A stretch of DNA of 64,000 bases. Source: a virus. Below are positions 1-10,849 of the stretch, in pieces (position 1 is the stretch's first letter; each line of letters opens with the position of its first letter). The stretch spans positions 28,388 to 92,387 of the IMG/VR virus record IMGVR_UViG_3300006752_000018. One strand, 5' to 3'. The notes under the pieces are model-generated. The model was given only the letters and a program-made list of their open reading frames with translations, did not search any database and was not told where the DNA came from. Made by a program: the position numbers and the translations under genes.

Positions 1-2
1 AT

Positions 3-3000
3 GTGCAATTAAATTACATTAACCAATTATACTCAGATGGCGATCTTTGGTTAGCAAATGCACAACAAAATACTTCAGGCGGTGATACAAAAAAGATAGC
101 AACAGCAAATGCATTAGGAACTAACATTGCTGGTAATAATTTAAATATCGAAGCAGGTAGTTCAACTGGTACAGGCGCCGGTGGTAACATTATTTTTAAA
201 ACAGGTAGCACAGGTTCGTCAGGATCATTGACAAATGCCCTATCTGAAAGATTTAAAATAAGTGGTAGTGATGGTGCAATTACAATTAATGCAGCATATA
301 GTCTACCTTCTAGTGATGGCACAACAGGGCAAGCACTTGTAACAGATGGTGCAGGCACTACATCTTTTGGACAAATTGCTTATTCTGCTATTTCAGGAAC
401 ACCAAACTTAGCAGCAGTCGCAACTTCAGGAAGCTACAACGATTTAACTGATACACCAGCATCAACTTCAGATGCAGCTATAAGAGCATTATTTAGTGCT
501 ACCGGAAGTTTAAGTTATGATAATTCTACAGGTGTGTTTAGTTACACAGAAAGAACTGATGCAACAATACGTGGATTAATTAGTGCATCAGGTGATTTAA
601 ATTACGATAGCAGTACTGGTGTAATTAGCTTCACACAGTCGGCTTCACCTGTAACTAGTGTAAACACAAAAACCGGTGCTGTTGTTTTAGGCACTGGTGA
701 CATATCAGAGTCAGGATCGAATTTATACTTTACTCAAGGTCGAGCAAGATCTGCATTAAGTGCAAGTGGTGATATTAGTTATGATAGTGCAACTGGTATT
801 ATATCTTATAGCGAAAGATCAGATGCAACAATACGTGGATTAATAAGTGCCGGAGGTGATTTAAGTTACGATAACAGCACAGGTGTTATGTCATTTAGCC
901 AAAGATCAGATGCAACAATACGTGGACTAATTAGCGGTACCGGAGATATTGGATATGACAATTCAACAGGTGTTATTAGCTTTAGTAATAATAGTGGATT
1001 TATAACTAGCTATACAGAAACAGACACACTAGATAGTGTAACAGGTAGAGGCGCAACTACTACTAATAACCTTACTGTAGGCGGATTAATAGTAAGTGGC
1101 GACTTAACAGTCAGCGGAACTACAACAACTATCAATACAGCTACACTTGATGTTGCAGATAACATAATAACATTAAACAGTGACGTGACTGGAACACCAA
1201 CAGAAAATGCAGGTGTATCTGTAAACAGAGGTGTGTCGTCTGCTGTTGATATTCGTTGGAACGAAACTAATGATAAATGGGAATTTACAAACGATGGTGC
1301 TAATTATCAAGTTCTTGCAGTTGATCTAGGTGATCTTACAAACAATGCAAATTACGTAAAACTTACTGATTTAAGTGCAGGTGGTGATTTAAGTTACGAT
1401 AATACGACTGGAGAATTTACATTTACTGAACGTACTGATGATGAAGTACGTGGACTTATAAGTGCAGGTGGTGATCTAACATATGATAATACTACAGGCG
1501 TAATGTCATTTAGCGAAAGATCAGATACAACCATACGTGGATTAATTAGTGCAAGTGGTGATTTAAGTTATGATAGTGCTACAGGTGTTATATCTTACAC
1601 TGAAAGAACAGATGCAACCATACGTGGATTACTTAGCGGTACTGGAGATATTACGTATGATGCAGGAACTGGACAAATAAGTTTCAATAACACTAGCGGA
1701 TTTATTACAAGTGCTAATATTACAGAAACGGATACATTACATAGTGTAACAAGTAGAAATGCTACTACAACAAATAATATTGCTGTAAACGATATGACAG
1801 TTAATGGTAACTTGATTGTATCAGGCACAACAACCACTGTTAACAGCACTACAATTAATCTTGCTGATAATATTATTACACTCAACAGCGATTTTACAAC
1901 AGGAACTCCTACTGAAAATGCAGGTATTGAAGTACTTAGAGGCGGAAGTAGCACTGTAGCAATACGGTGGAACGAAACTTCAGACAAATGGCAATACACA
2001 AACGACGGATCAAGTTATAATAACTTTCCTATTAATTTAAGTGATTTGAATAATGATTTGTCTTTCTTAGCATTGACAGATATTTCTGGCACTGGTGATA
2101 TAAGTTTTGATCAAGCTACAGGTGTAATTAGCTTTAATAACTCAAGTGGTTATCTTACTGCTGAAGCTGACACATTTGGCACAGTTACAGGTAGAGGAAA
2201 TACAACCTCAAGTGCAATTGTAGTTAACAATAGTATTACTGTACAAAACGAAATATACTCCCAAGGCGTTGCACTTAAATATTCAAATAGTGCTAATGTT
2301 CCGCAACTAGAAATTGGCGCAGATTTCTTTAGATTAGAAAATCATGATGATTTCTTTGTTGAAAGTGATATTACTTTAGGAAGAGCAGCAACTGATGCCA
2401 CAGGCGGAGCAACAAGAGCTATATCATCGGCAAATGGCGTTGGCACAAATATTGCTGGTAGTACAATTGAAGTTATTGCAGGAACATCAACCGGTACAGC
2501 TAGTAGCGGTGCTATTGTTTTCAAAACAGGGTCGCAAGGACAAGCAAGTAACAATGTTACAAACATATTACAAGAACGCTTTAGAATACGCGGTACCGAT
2601 GGTGCAATAGAAATAAATGAATCGTATACGTTACCTACAGCAGATGGAAATAATGGCACATATTTAGGTACCGACGGTAACGGAGATGTAACATTTAAGC
2701 AAATTTCTTACAGTGATTTAAGCGGTAATCCGTCTATATCTCAAGTAGGTTTAACTGGAAACTACTCAGATCTACTCGGTGCACCTACAAATGTTAGTCA
2801 CTTTACAAATGATGCAGGTTATATTACTAGCGGAAGTGAAGGAGTGTTTGATGGAGATATACTAGGTAGTGTATTTGGTGATGACTCTACATTATTAGTT
2901 GACGGTGTAAACAACACACTAAATACGGCAAGACTAGATCAAGCAGGTGCAACAAACGGTCAAGCGTTAGTTTGGAATAATTTTACACTTACTTGGGAAC

Positions 3001-3203
3001 CTGGTACAGTCGATGGTGCTAGTATTGATATTATACTAGATCAAATTGGAGATATAGACACCACTGGAGTACAAAATGGAGATTACTTGCGTTGGGATTC
3101 ATTAGCAGGAAAATGGCTACCGGTGGCAGCATCATCAAGTTCAGGTATAAGTGTAGCAGACGCTGAAGACGCATCCTTCATGGCAGCGTTAATTATGGGA
3201 TAA
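3..3203 (+). CDS. Long tail fibre protein (5' end truncated by window)
   Basis: Thr/Ser/Gly-rich 1066+ aa ORF open from the window edge; 29-aa repeats, duplicated DNIITLNSD..TPTENAG..RWNET.DKW blocks, LP..DG..GQ.L.TDG.G fibre motifs; hydrophobic C-terminus FMAALIMG. Confidence 0.8.
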   Translation: MQLNYINQLYSDGDLWLANAQQNTSGGDTKKIATANALGTNIAGNNLNIEAGSSTGTGAGGNIIFKTGSTGSSGSLTNALSERFKISGSDGAITINAAYSLPSSDGTTGQALVTDGAGTTSFGQIAYSAISGTPNLAAVATSGSYNDLTDTPASTSDAAIRALFSATGSLSYDNSTGVFSYTERTDATIRGLISASGDLNYDSSTGVISFTQSASPVTSVNTKTGAVVLGTGDISESGSNLYFTQGRARSALSASGDISYDSATGIISYSERSDATIRGLISAGGDLSYDNSTGVMSFSQRSDATIRGLISGTGDIGYDNSTGVISFSNNSGFITSYTETDTLDSVTGRGATTTNNLTVGGLIVSGDLTVSGTTTTINTATLDVADNIITLNSDVTGTPTENAGVSVNRGVSSAVDIRWNETNDKWEFTNDGANYQVLAVDLGDLTNNANYVKLTDLSAGGDLSYDNTTGEFTFTERTDDEVRGLISAGGDLTYDNTTGVMSFSERSDTTIRGLISASGDLSYDSATGVISYTERTDATIRGLLSGTGDITYDAGTGQISFNNTSGFITSANITETDTLHSVTSRNATTTNNIAVNDMTVNGNLIVSGTTTTVNSTTINLADNIITLNSDFTTGTPTENAGIEVLRGGSSTVAIRWNETSDKWQYTNDGSSYNNFPINLSDLNNDLSFLALTDISGTGDISFDQATGVISFNNSSGYLTAEADTFGTVTGRGNTTSSAIVVNNSITVQNEIYSQGVALKYSNSANVPQLEIGADFFRLENHDDFFVESDITLGRAATDATGGATRAISSANGVGTNIAGSTIEVIAGTSTGTASSGAIVFKTGSQGQASNNVTNILQERFRIRGTDGAIEINESYTLPTADGNNGTYLGTDGNGDVTFKQISYSDLSGNPSISQVGLTGNYSDLLGAPTNVSHFTNDAGYITSGSEGVFDGDILGSVFGDDSTLLVDGVNNTLNTARLDQAGATNGQALVWNNFTLTWEPGTVDGASIDIILDQIGDIDTTGVQNGDYLRWDSLAGKWLPVAASSSSGISVADAEDASFMAALIMG
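465..1690 (+). repeat. 87-bp (29-aa) coding repeats, unit ~RTDATIRGLISASGDLSYDxSTGVISF
   Basis: The Asp codon of the unit recurs at 471, 558, 822, 909, 1437, 1524 and 1611 (87-nt spacing within clusters), plus partial copies. Confidence 0.9.
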
Positions 3204-3207
3204 AAAA

Positions 3208-3537
3208 ATGGCAAATTATTTTAGAAATAGTATAGAAAAAAACATAGGTTCTACACCAGTAACAATGGTAGATAATACAAACAATAGTAAACTTACTGTA
3301 GTTGGAATTAGTTTAGCAAATGTTTCAGAAAGCAACTTATTCATTGATGTTACTGTAACAAATGAATTAGATGTAGAAGGATATTTTATTAAAGAAGTTA
3401 TGTTACCTCCAAATAGTAGTTTACGACTAATTGCAGGAGGAGAAAAGTTAATATTAGGTAATGACAATCAATTAAAGGTTAAAAGTAATTTAGCTAATAG
3501 TGTAGATGCAATAGTAAGTTATGTGGAAATACTCTAA
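3208..3537 (+). CDS. Small virion/fibre connector protein, paralog of 26347-26673
   Basis: 109 aa, beta-rich; shares the S..N.....(I/V).V...E..(L/I)PP...L...(L/I).LG...L.V..N.ANV pattern with 26347. Confidence 0.6.
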   Translation: MANYFRNSIEKNIGSTPVTMVDNTNNSKLTVVGISLANVSESNLFIDVTVTNELDVEGYFIKEVMLPPNSSLRLIAGGEKLILGNDNQLKVKSNLANSVDAIVSYVEIL

Positions 3538-4043
3538 TGGCACTAAAGAAATTAGACTCGGTTTATTATGTAGGTGAAACACCTAGGAAAAAAGCAAAAC
3601 AAACTCGTAGTCAACGTTTCTTTTATGGTATGCGATCAGACGGCGAAGAATTAATACTATGTAAAGTTGATGCATTTGATAGCACTGACGGAGTACTAGT
3701 TAATGAAATTGGTGATGATCCGAAATTTGACTTTCCTTATTTCATACCAGGTGTCAACTTTTTTGAAGGCAATGATATAAATCATGCGGAGCGTTACCCT
3801 AGTCTAATTTATCAACAATACAAATTTGATGACGGTAACTATTCTTACTATGTTGACGATAATGGCGAACTTACATTAAGAGTTAATCAAGGCATTGACG
3901 AGGGAACGGTAGTTGTTCCTGACGTACCTATTAATCCAATACAAAAAGATTATAGACGTTTTGGGGTATACCCAACATTTGATAATAACACAGTTTCGTT
4001 TGATAACCAAGACATAAGATTCGATAACAAGGAGCCGCAGTAA
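3537..4043 (+). CDS. Hypothetical virion protein, paralog of 16497-16862, with C-terminal FD repeats
   Basis: Shares RxFYG.R..DG..L..KVD..GDDP..PG..FFEG.D..YY..D.GE..R.NQG with 16497; ends TFDNNTVSFDNQDIRFD. Confidence 0.65.
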   Translation: MALKKLDSVYYVGETPRKKAKQTRSQRFFYGMRSDGEELILCKVDAFDSTDGVLVNEIGDDPKFDFPYFIPGVNFFEGNDINHAERYPSLIYQQYKFDDGNYSYYVDDNGELTLRVNQGIDEGTVVVPDVPINPIQKDYRRFGVYPTFDNNTVSFDNQDIRFDNKEPQ

Positions 4044-5005
4044 TGGCAAAACAAATAATAAACACAGGTGCTGGCGCCAATGACGGTACAGGTGATAGCT
4101 TAAGAGATGGTGCAGGTAAAGTTAATAGTAATTTTACAGAATTATATAATGCATTAGGTAACGGCAATAGTGTACAAATTAATTTATCAGGAGCATCTTC
4201 AGGACAAATTTTAGCCTATAACGGAGTAAATTTTGTACCAAGTTCGTCTAGTGCAATTGCATTTAATGCTGTTCAATCAGATAGCGGAACCGGAGTAGCT
4301 AGTGGAGGTAATACAACCTTAGGAATTGTAGGAGCCGGCGGAATAGCAACATCAGTATCTGGAAATGTTTTAACAATTTCAGGAAACGGTTCAGGTGGAG
4401 GCGGTGGCGGAGCAAGTGTTACGGTTAGCACGACAGCACCATCTAATCCAGCAGCTGGCGATTTGTGGTATGATAGTGAATTAGGAATTTTAGCTGTTTG
4501 GTTTGCTACAGAGGGGGTATGGGTGCAATCTAACGGCGGTAATGTTATTGAACAGTTTAACGGCGATGTACAAGCAGGTATTACAACATTTATAGGAATG
4601 ACGGATACTCCTAATAGTTTTGTTGGAAGCGAAAACGCATTTGTAACGGTTAATTCAACCGGTACTGGATTAACATTTACTCCTGGCAGTAGTCAATCTG
4701 CTGATGTTCTTACTCCTATTGATATAAACATTACATCAAGCCCTTATGCTGCATCATCATACGATTTGATATTTGTAGATACAACAGCAGGCGCAGTAAG
4801 TGTTAATTTACCAGTAAGTCCGTCAAAAGGAGAAGAAATAAGAATAGTAGATATAAAAGGAAATTTTGCAACAAACGCATGTACGATAACTTCAAATAGT
4901 CCTATTCAAGGAGAATCAGAAGATCTAATTATTGATGTAAATAGAGCAAGTTTAGGATTAATCTTTCACAGCTCAGCTAACGGATGGATACTGAAAGATA
5001 GATAA
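4043..5005 (+). CDS. gp9/gp10-like baseplate-tail fibre connector
   Basis: N-terminus MAKQIINTGAGANDGTGDSLRDGAGKVNSNFTELY matches the T4 gp9/gp10 N-terminal motif; C-terminal ~100 aa is paralogous to 26700-27032. Confidence 0.75.
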   Translation: MAKQIINTGAGANDGTGDSLRDGAGKVNSNFTELYNALGNGNSVQINLSGASSGQILAYNGVNFVPSSSSAIAFNAVQSDSGTGVASGGNTTLGIVGAGGIATSVSGNVLTISGNGSGGGGGGASVTVSTTAPSNPAAGDLWYDSELGILAVWFATEGVWVQSNGGNVIEQFNGDVQAGITTFIGMTDTPNSFVGSENAFVTVNSTGTGLTFTPGSSQSADVLTPIDINITSSPYAASSYDLIFVDTTAGAVSVNLPVSPSKGEEIRIVDIKGNFATNACTITSNSPIQGESEDLIIDVNRASLGLIFHSSANGWILKDR

Positions 5006-6729
5006 TGAGTCGTTACAGTGAAGAAAAATACTTTGAAATTCCAGTTAAACCTACAAAAGAAGCGTTGCCGTTAAGTAATAATACTATAGGTGATAGATAT
5101 ATAGTAAGCGACGATGTTTATATATGGAACGGAAATTTTTGGATCGAAGCAAATTTATTAGATCCACCGGCTAGTTTGTTTATTCAAACTTATAATGTAT
5201 CAGCTGTAAGCAATGTAGTTGACGAAGGTGATACAATAACTATAAATTTAACTACTACTAATATTCCTGATAACACAAATTTAGGCTATACAATAACAGG
5301 AACAGTATCTAGTGCAGATTTAAGTGGAGCATCGTTAACGGGATCATTTACTATTGTTAATAATGCAGCATCTGTAGCTTATACTGTTGCAGAAGATTTA
5401 ACAACTGAAGGTAGTGAAACACTGATTTTTAGTTTAGATAATGGTGCAGATAGTGTTAGTGTTACGATAGGAGATACAAGCACTACACCTATTGCTGAAT
5501 ATACACTTACTCCTAGTATTGGAACAGTAGACGAAGGCGATTCGTTTACTATAACACTTAATACTGTAAATGTTCCTACAGGAACAGTGTTACCATATAC
5601 AATTACAGGAATACAAGTAGCAGATTTAGAAGCACCGGGTGAAACTTCTTTGTCAGGATCGTTTACTGTAGATGCAGTTGGCGCTGCACAAAAATCATTC
5701 AATATTAAAGAAGATTCTAGTGTTGATGAAGGTAGTGAAACATTTGTAATTGCTTTAAATAATGGCAGTGGAAGTACGTCGGTTACAATAAACGACACAA
5801 GTGCAATTGTTTCAGGTGACGAAGTATTTACATCTGATGGAACATTTACAGTTCCGGCAGGAGTAACAAGTATAAACATTTATGCAGTTGGCGGTGGCGG
5901 CTCAGCTGAAGCCGGAGAATTTTCTAATGGATCATCTGGTGGTGGAGGCGGTGGTGCTTATGTTTCAATATTAGGCTACCCAGTTACACCTGGTGATAAT
6001 ATTACTGTTGAAGTAGGCGCAGGTAGTACCGCTGGGATAAACTATGCTAACAGTCCTTTCGAATTAGTTCACACTAATTCCGGAACAGGTCTAACTTACT
6101 ATCCACAATCTGGCTCAATAGTAGAACCAACTAATGGACAGAGTAGTAGTATAACACATAATGGTACAACAATGTTAACAGCAGGCGGCGGCAGCAAAGG
6201 TAGGATTATCACAGGCGGTAACGGGGGAGTTGGATCTGTACACGGCTCTGTTGCTACACTTGCAGACAGCCATGAAATAGTTAATGGTAAAACAGGTGAG
6301 GCTGGACAATCAGGTAATTCTGGAACAAGGCCTGGTGGTGGAGGAGGCGGAGGTCGTGGAGGCATGGGTGGTACTGGACGTGGCGACTTCTATAGAAGCA
6401 ACGGTGGATACAATTACAGTAAACAAGCAAATGGCGGCCAAGGTGGCGGCATGCATTTATATGGCGGCACAACAAATGGAAGTAATGGTGCTGATGCACC
6501 CATATTATGGAATGGAAGTTTTAACTATACTCTTGCCGGTAACGGCACTAATGGCGGAACAGCAACAGGTGATGCATACGGCGCTGGCGCTGGCGGTGGT
6601 GTAGGTGGACGTATACGTAATCAAACCATTGTCAGTAGCGGTACAAGCTATTATTATAAATGGTTTTTAGGTAGAGATACTAGCAGCGGAACTCAAGGCG
6701 CTATACGATTTGCATGGGGGAACGCATAA
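5005..6729 (+). CDS. Fibre-tip adhesin: two VDEG Ig/Calx-beta-like domains plus glycine-rich domain
   Basis: VDEGD...EG.ET repeats; FTVPAGVTSI.IYAVGGGG...GAIRFAWG Gly-rich module. Confidence 0.7.
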   Translation: MSRYSEEKYFEIPVKPTKEALPLSNNTIGDRYIVSDDVYIWNGNFWIEANLLDPPASLFIQTYNVSAVSNVVDEGDTITINLTTTNIPDNTNLGYTITGTVSSADLSGASLTGSFTIVNNAASVAYTVAEDLTTEGSETLIFSLDNGADSVSVTIGDTSTTPIAEYTLTPSIGTVDEGDSFTITLNTVNVPTGTVLPYTITGIQVADLEAPGETSLSGSFTVDAVGAAQKSFNIKEDSSVDEGSETFVIALNNGSGSTSVTINDTSAIVSGDEVFTSDGTFTVPAGVTSINIYAVGGGGSAEAGEFSNGSSGGGGGGAYVSILGYPVTPGDNITVEVGAGSTAGINYANSPFELVHTNSGTGLTYYPQSGSIVEPTNGQSSSITHNGTTMLTAGGGSKGRIITGGNGGVGSVHGSVATLADSHEIVNGKTGEAGQSGNSGTRPGGGGGGGRGGMGGTGRGDFYRSNGGYNYSKQANGGQGGGMHLYGGTTNGSNGADAPILWNGSFNYTLAGNGTNGGTATGDAYGAGAGGGVGGRIRNQTIVSSGTSYYYKWFLGRDTSSGTQGAIRFAWGNA

Positions 6730-8078
6730 TGAGCAGTTATAAGGCTAACAAAGGATATCAAAAAGAATATACAAATGCATTACCTAGTATTGGCGTGCCA
6801 AACGGAAGTAAGTCTTTTATTGCTGGTGAAGTATTTTTATGGGACGGCGACGAATGGGGGTATATACAAACTGAAAATCTACCACCTATATGGAATAACA
6901 GAATAGATGCAACAGTATTTTTAGAACAAGCAGGTGCTACTACAACTTTAGATTTTGGTGCAACAGATCCTGAAGGCGCTTCAATAAATTACGAATTATC
7001 TTATCCGACATTTACTAGTGATAACACAGGTACAGATCCAGTTGATTCGTTAACATTTGATGATGATACAGGTGTATTAGTTATCACACCTATTACAACA
7101 ACAGACACTTGTGAAAAACTTATTAGAGTAACTGCTAGTGACGGAATTAATAGTATTTCAAAAGATGTATTATTATTACTTTCTCAAACAGTTACTACCG
7201 CAGCAGATAGCGGAGCAATTTGGGTTAAACCAGGAGTGTATACATGGATTCCTCCTCAAGGAACTCCTGCATTGATACACATTGTTTGTATAGGAGCTGG
7301 CGGTGGTGGTTCTGGTATGCAATCTTCAACTAACACATCTGGTGCAGGTGGAGGCGGTGGTACATTATCTTATGCTAATAATGTTGCAAATGACGGTTCG
7401 TCACTAACAATTATAGTCGGTGCTGGAGGCAGCGGAGGCATAAGAAACTTTCCAGGTTCTAACGGTGGATTTACTAGAGTTCAAAAAACTACGAATGGAC
7501 AAGTACTGATAGAAGCATCAGGCGGCGATGGCGGATCGTTTGGCACTGCTGGTGAAGGCGGTGGAGTTGCTGGACTAAATTCAGCATATTCTGGAGGTGA
7601 TGGCGGCAGTGGAGCAACAGGTGTTGGAAGTACAGGCGGAGGCGGTGGCGGTGCAGGTGGCTACGGCGGTCTTGGTGGTACAGGTGGAAGTTCGTCGTTT
7701 ATTCAAAATCTTCCAGCAAATGGTCAAAACGGAACAGCAGGTGTAGGTGGCGGTGGCGCTGGCGGCAGTGAAGCTACCTCATCACCAGGATTATCTGGAG
7801 GCGGTGGTGTAGGATTTTATGGTCTAGGATCGGACGGACTTCCAGTACTCCGAAGCGGTGGCGGTGGTGGATCAGGCGCAAGCGATGGAGATATAGGAAC
7901 AGGTGGATTTCCAGGTGGTGGCGGCAGTGGCACAGCCGTAACTACTAATACAGCAGCAGGATTTGGACAAGATGGAGCAGACGGAGCTGTTAGAATAATG
8001 TGGGGAGATAGTCGCAGCTTTCCTTCAGTCAATGCAGCAGATACAGATAGTATTGTGCAAGAACAGGACTATTCATAA
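6729..8078 (+). CDS. Fibre-tip adhesin: cadherin-like domain plus glycine-rich domain
   Basis: Start placed at the TAATG overlap (6729); ATDPEG...VTASDG Ig-like motif; PGVYTW.PP...IGAGGGG...GAVRIMWG. Confidence 0.7.
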   Translation: MSSYKANKGYQKEYTNALPSIGVPNGSKSFIAGEVFLWDGDEWGYIQTENLPPIWNNRIDATVFLEQAGATTTLDFGATDPEGASINYELSYPTFTSDNTGTDPVDSLTFDDDTGVLVITPITTTDTCEKLIRVTASDGINSISKDVLLLLSQTVTTAADSGAIWVKPGVYTWIPPQGTPALIHIVCIGAGGGGSGMQSSTNTSGAGGGGGTLSYANNVANDGSSLTIIVGAGGSGGIRNFPGSNGGFTRVQKTTNGQVLIEASGGDGGSFGTAGEGGGVAGLNSAYSGGDGGSGATGVGSTGGGGGGAGGYGGLGGTGGSSSFIQNLPANGQNGTAGVGGGGAGGSEATSSPGLSGGGGVGFYGLGSDGLPVLRSGGGGGSGASDGDIGTGGFPGGGGSGTAVTTNTAAGFGQDGADGAVRIMWGDSRSFPSVNAADTDSIVQEQDYS

Positions 8079-10828
8079 TGGCAAAATATTCAAGAAAAAA
8101 ATCTTTATCACAAGAAAGTGTCCTTACATTTGCTAATTTAGATGCAATACCAGATTCGGGAATTGATATAGGAACAATAGCATGGATTACTAGCGAAGAT
8201 GCATTCTATATTCTAAAAACAGCAAATAGCGGTTGGAAAAAAATATACGAAAATAGTTATTATGCAGGTGCTCCTACATACACTTTAATTAAATCTCCAA
8301 TCGGCGGCGCTGTAGACGAAGGTGACACTATGACTGTTACTATAACTACAACTGGAGTATCAGATGGCACATCAGTTGGGTATTTATGGGAAGGAATTAG
8401 TAATTCTGATGTTACAGGAGGACCTTTTCAAGGAACTGCTGTTATATATAATAGCATTGCAACTGTAACATTAGTAGCAAAAGCTGATTTTACAACTGAT
8501 GGTGTTGATATAGCAACTTTTTCTTTAGATGCTACTGACTCGTTAGGAAATGCTACTAATGCTACTTCAGCCGAGTTTACTATTTCTGATACTAGTATTG
8601 ATCCTGTAGGTAACACAAATCCTGATTTTACAATCAATGTAACTGCTTCTGGTGCATCGGCTTATACAATGACCGGTACTGATCGAAACGGAGTAGTTAG
8701 TGGACAAAATCCAACCTTATTATTTTATGTAGATGATATTGTAGATTTTGTAATTAATAGTCCAGGACATCCGTTTTTTCTTAAAACGGTAGCAAATAAT
8801 GGTACGGGCAATACAATTACTATTAACGGAAGCGAAATACCAAATAATGGTACATCTAACGGAACAATTCGGTGGACTGTACATACAGATGATACTTTCT
8901 ATTATATTTGTCAATTCCATGGAGCAATGTCTGCTCCAATTATTACTACACCTGTAGTCGGGGGTATACTATATGATATTCCTGGTACGTATACATGGAC
9001 TGCACCAGTTGGTATAACCAGTGTTAGTGCAGTGGTAATCGGCGGTGGCGGCGCAGCTGACTTTAGCCTATACGGCGGAGAAGGAGGCGCCCTAGCTTGG
9101 AAAAATTCTATACCTGTTATACCTGGAGAAGATTACACTGTTTCTGTAGGCAACGGCGCAACGACGAGCTCAGAAGGCCGACCTGTGATCCAGTCTGGAA
9201 GTAGTTATTTTATAAGTTCAGCTACTGTCAGTGCTAAGGGCGGAGACAGCGGCTCCAATGCTACATCAAGGACTGGTACCGAAGTGGTAGGAGATGGTGG
9301 AGGCGCAGGAGGGCATGGAGGTCAAGGCGGCGGCTATGTAACAGGATCGAAATCAGGCGGCGGAGCAGGTGGCTATAGCGGAAACGGCGGTAATGCAGGC
9401 AGCCACACAGGCGTTTCTAGTAATACAACTCTAGATGCTGGTGATGCAGGCAGCGGTGGTGGCGGCGGCGGTGGCGGTCATTATAGCTCAGGTGATATTA
9501 ATTTTACTGGGACAATACCTACTACCGGAGGTGGCGGTGTAGGAGTATACGGTCAGGGTGCAAATGGTGCAGGAGGAGCTGCAACAAGTGCTACTACTTT
9601 ATTTGCAGGTAAAGGCGGATCTGGAGGTGATGACGGAACTCGTGGAGGCATCAACAGCCAGCAAGCAAACGGCGGAGATTACGGCGGGGGCGCCGGTGTA
9701 GTATATAAAAGAGATGCTGGTGCTGCTAATTATGTGCCTTCATATCCTGGTTTAGAAAATACAACTGCTGGCAAGGGTGCAGTAAGAATTATTTGGGGAT
9801 CAGGAAGAGCATTCCCTTCAACTAATGTAGCATTAGCAGATTCAAACGGTTATGAAACTACGTATGTACCGCCAGCAGTTCCAACTTACACAGCGACACC
9901 GACAACATTTTCTGTTAGTGAAGGTAGTTCAGTAACAATTAATGTAGCAACAACTGCTGTTCCAAATGCAACTACATTATATTGGACTGTTACTAGAGCT
10001 AGTGAGTTTAATGTTTCTAGTGGTAGTTTTACTATTTCAAATAATGCCGGACAGTTTACGGTTACACCTATTATAGATGCTGTAGTTGAAAATCCAGAAA
10101 CATTCCAAGTACAAATTAGAACTGTAAGTACAAGTGGAACTGTAGTTGATACAACAAGTGCAATAACTATTAATAACGTGAATGTATCAGCTAATATTGT
10201 GTCAGTGTCAACTATGAATTTACCTTCAGGTTTTCGTCGTACAAGTAGTCCGAAAAAATTTAGTAATTTAAGTTTTGCTTCTAACGGAACTCAAAGTAGC
10301 GGACCTCAGTTTAGTCTTCAATCGCAATACGGGGTACAAACACAAATAACTGTTGAAATGTGGGTAAACCCTGTTATGCGCGGTGATACAATATTCGGAG
10401 TAAGCGACCCGGCAAACTCAATGTATCATGGTGTTGATTACATGTCCAATAGTGCTTGTCAATGGAGGTATAGAGCAGCGTCGGGCAGTCCAAGTGGATC
10501 AATCGGTTCAAGTGCAGGCACCCTAGCTCTTAATACGTGGGGATTACTAACAGCAGAACTTTCAACTAGTTCAAATGGATCAATGGTAGCTCGATGGTGG
10601 CTTAATGCAACAGGAAACGGAGGCACTTGGACGTGGCAAAATAATGCACCTGGACATATAAGCTCTTTTGGAGCAATTACTTTTGCATGGTGGCCTTATG
10701 CCCCTAACAGATTTAACGGTGTTTTTGGACCTGTTAGGGTAAGCAAAGGTTTAATTTATAATGGATCACCAACAGTACCTACATCAACATTTCAAACGAC
10801 TGCCGATACACTACTGATAATTCAATAA
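8078..10828 (+). CDS. Fibre-tip adhesin: VDEG domains, cupredoxin-like domain, Gly-rich domain, C-terminal LamG/ConA-like domain
   Basis: GHPFF...YYICQFHGAM; PGTYTWTAP...GAVRIIWG; TVEMWVNP...LNTW...VRVSKG. Confidence 0.7.
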   Translation: MAKYSRKKSLSQESVLTFANLDAIPDSGIDIGTIAWITSEDAFYILKTANSGWKKIYENSYYAGAPTYTLIKSPIGGAVDEGDTMTVTITTTGVSDGTSVGYLWEGISNSDVTGGPFQGTAVIYNSIATVTLVAKADFTTDGVDIATFSLDATDSLGNATNATSAEFTISDTSIDPVGNTNPDFTINVTASGASAYTMTGTDRNGVVSGQNPTLLFYVDDIVDFVINSPGHPFFLKTVANNGTGNTITINGSEIPNNGTSNGTIRWTVHTDDTFYYICQFHGAMSAPIITTPVVGGILYDIPGTYTWTAPVGITSVSAVVIGGGGAADFSLYGGEGGALAWKNSIPVIPGEDYTVSVGNGATTSSEGRPVIQSGSSYFISSATVSAKGGDSGSNATSRTGTEVVGDGGGAGGHGGQGGGYVTGSKSGGGAGGYSGNGGNAGSHTGVSSNTTLDAGDAGSGGGGGGGGHYSSGDINFTGTIPTTGGGGVGVYGQGANGAGGAATSATTLFAGKGGSGGDDGTRGGINSQQANGGDYGGGAGVVYKRDAGAANYVPSYPGLENTTAGKGAVRIIWGSGRAFPSTNVALADSNGYETTYVPPAVPTYTATPTTFSVSEGSSVTINVATTAVPNATTLYWTVTRASEFNVSSGSFTISNNAGQFTVTPIIDAVVENPETFQVQIRTVSTSGTVVDTTSAITINNVNVSANIVSVSTMNLPSGFRRTSSPKKFSNLSFASNGTQSSGPQFSLQSQYGVQTQITVEMWVNPVMRGDTIFGVSDPANSMYHGVDYMSNSACQWRYRAASGSPSGSIGSSAGTLALNTWGLLTAELSTSSNGSMVARWWLNATGNGGTWTWQNNAPGHISSFGAITFAWWPYAPNRFNGVFGPVRVSKGLIYNGSPTVPTSTFQTTADTLLIIQ

Positions 10829-10849
10829 ATATAGTTAGGAGAATAACAT

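Noticed and set aside
465-1690. 87-bp repeats as a CRISPR or ncRNA array
   Set aside because: They are in-frame coding repeats with synonymous variation and no repeat-spacer structure or cas genes.
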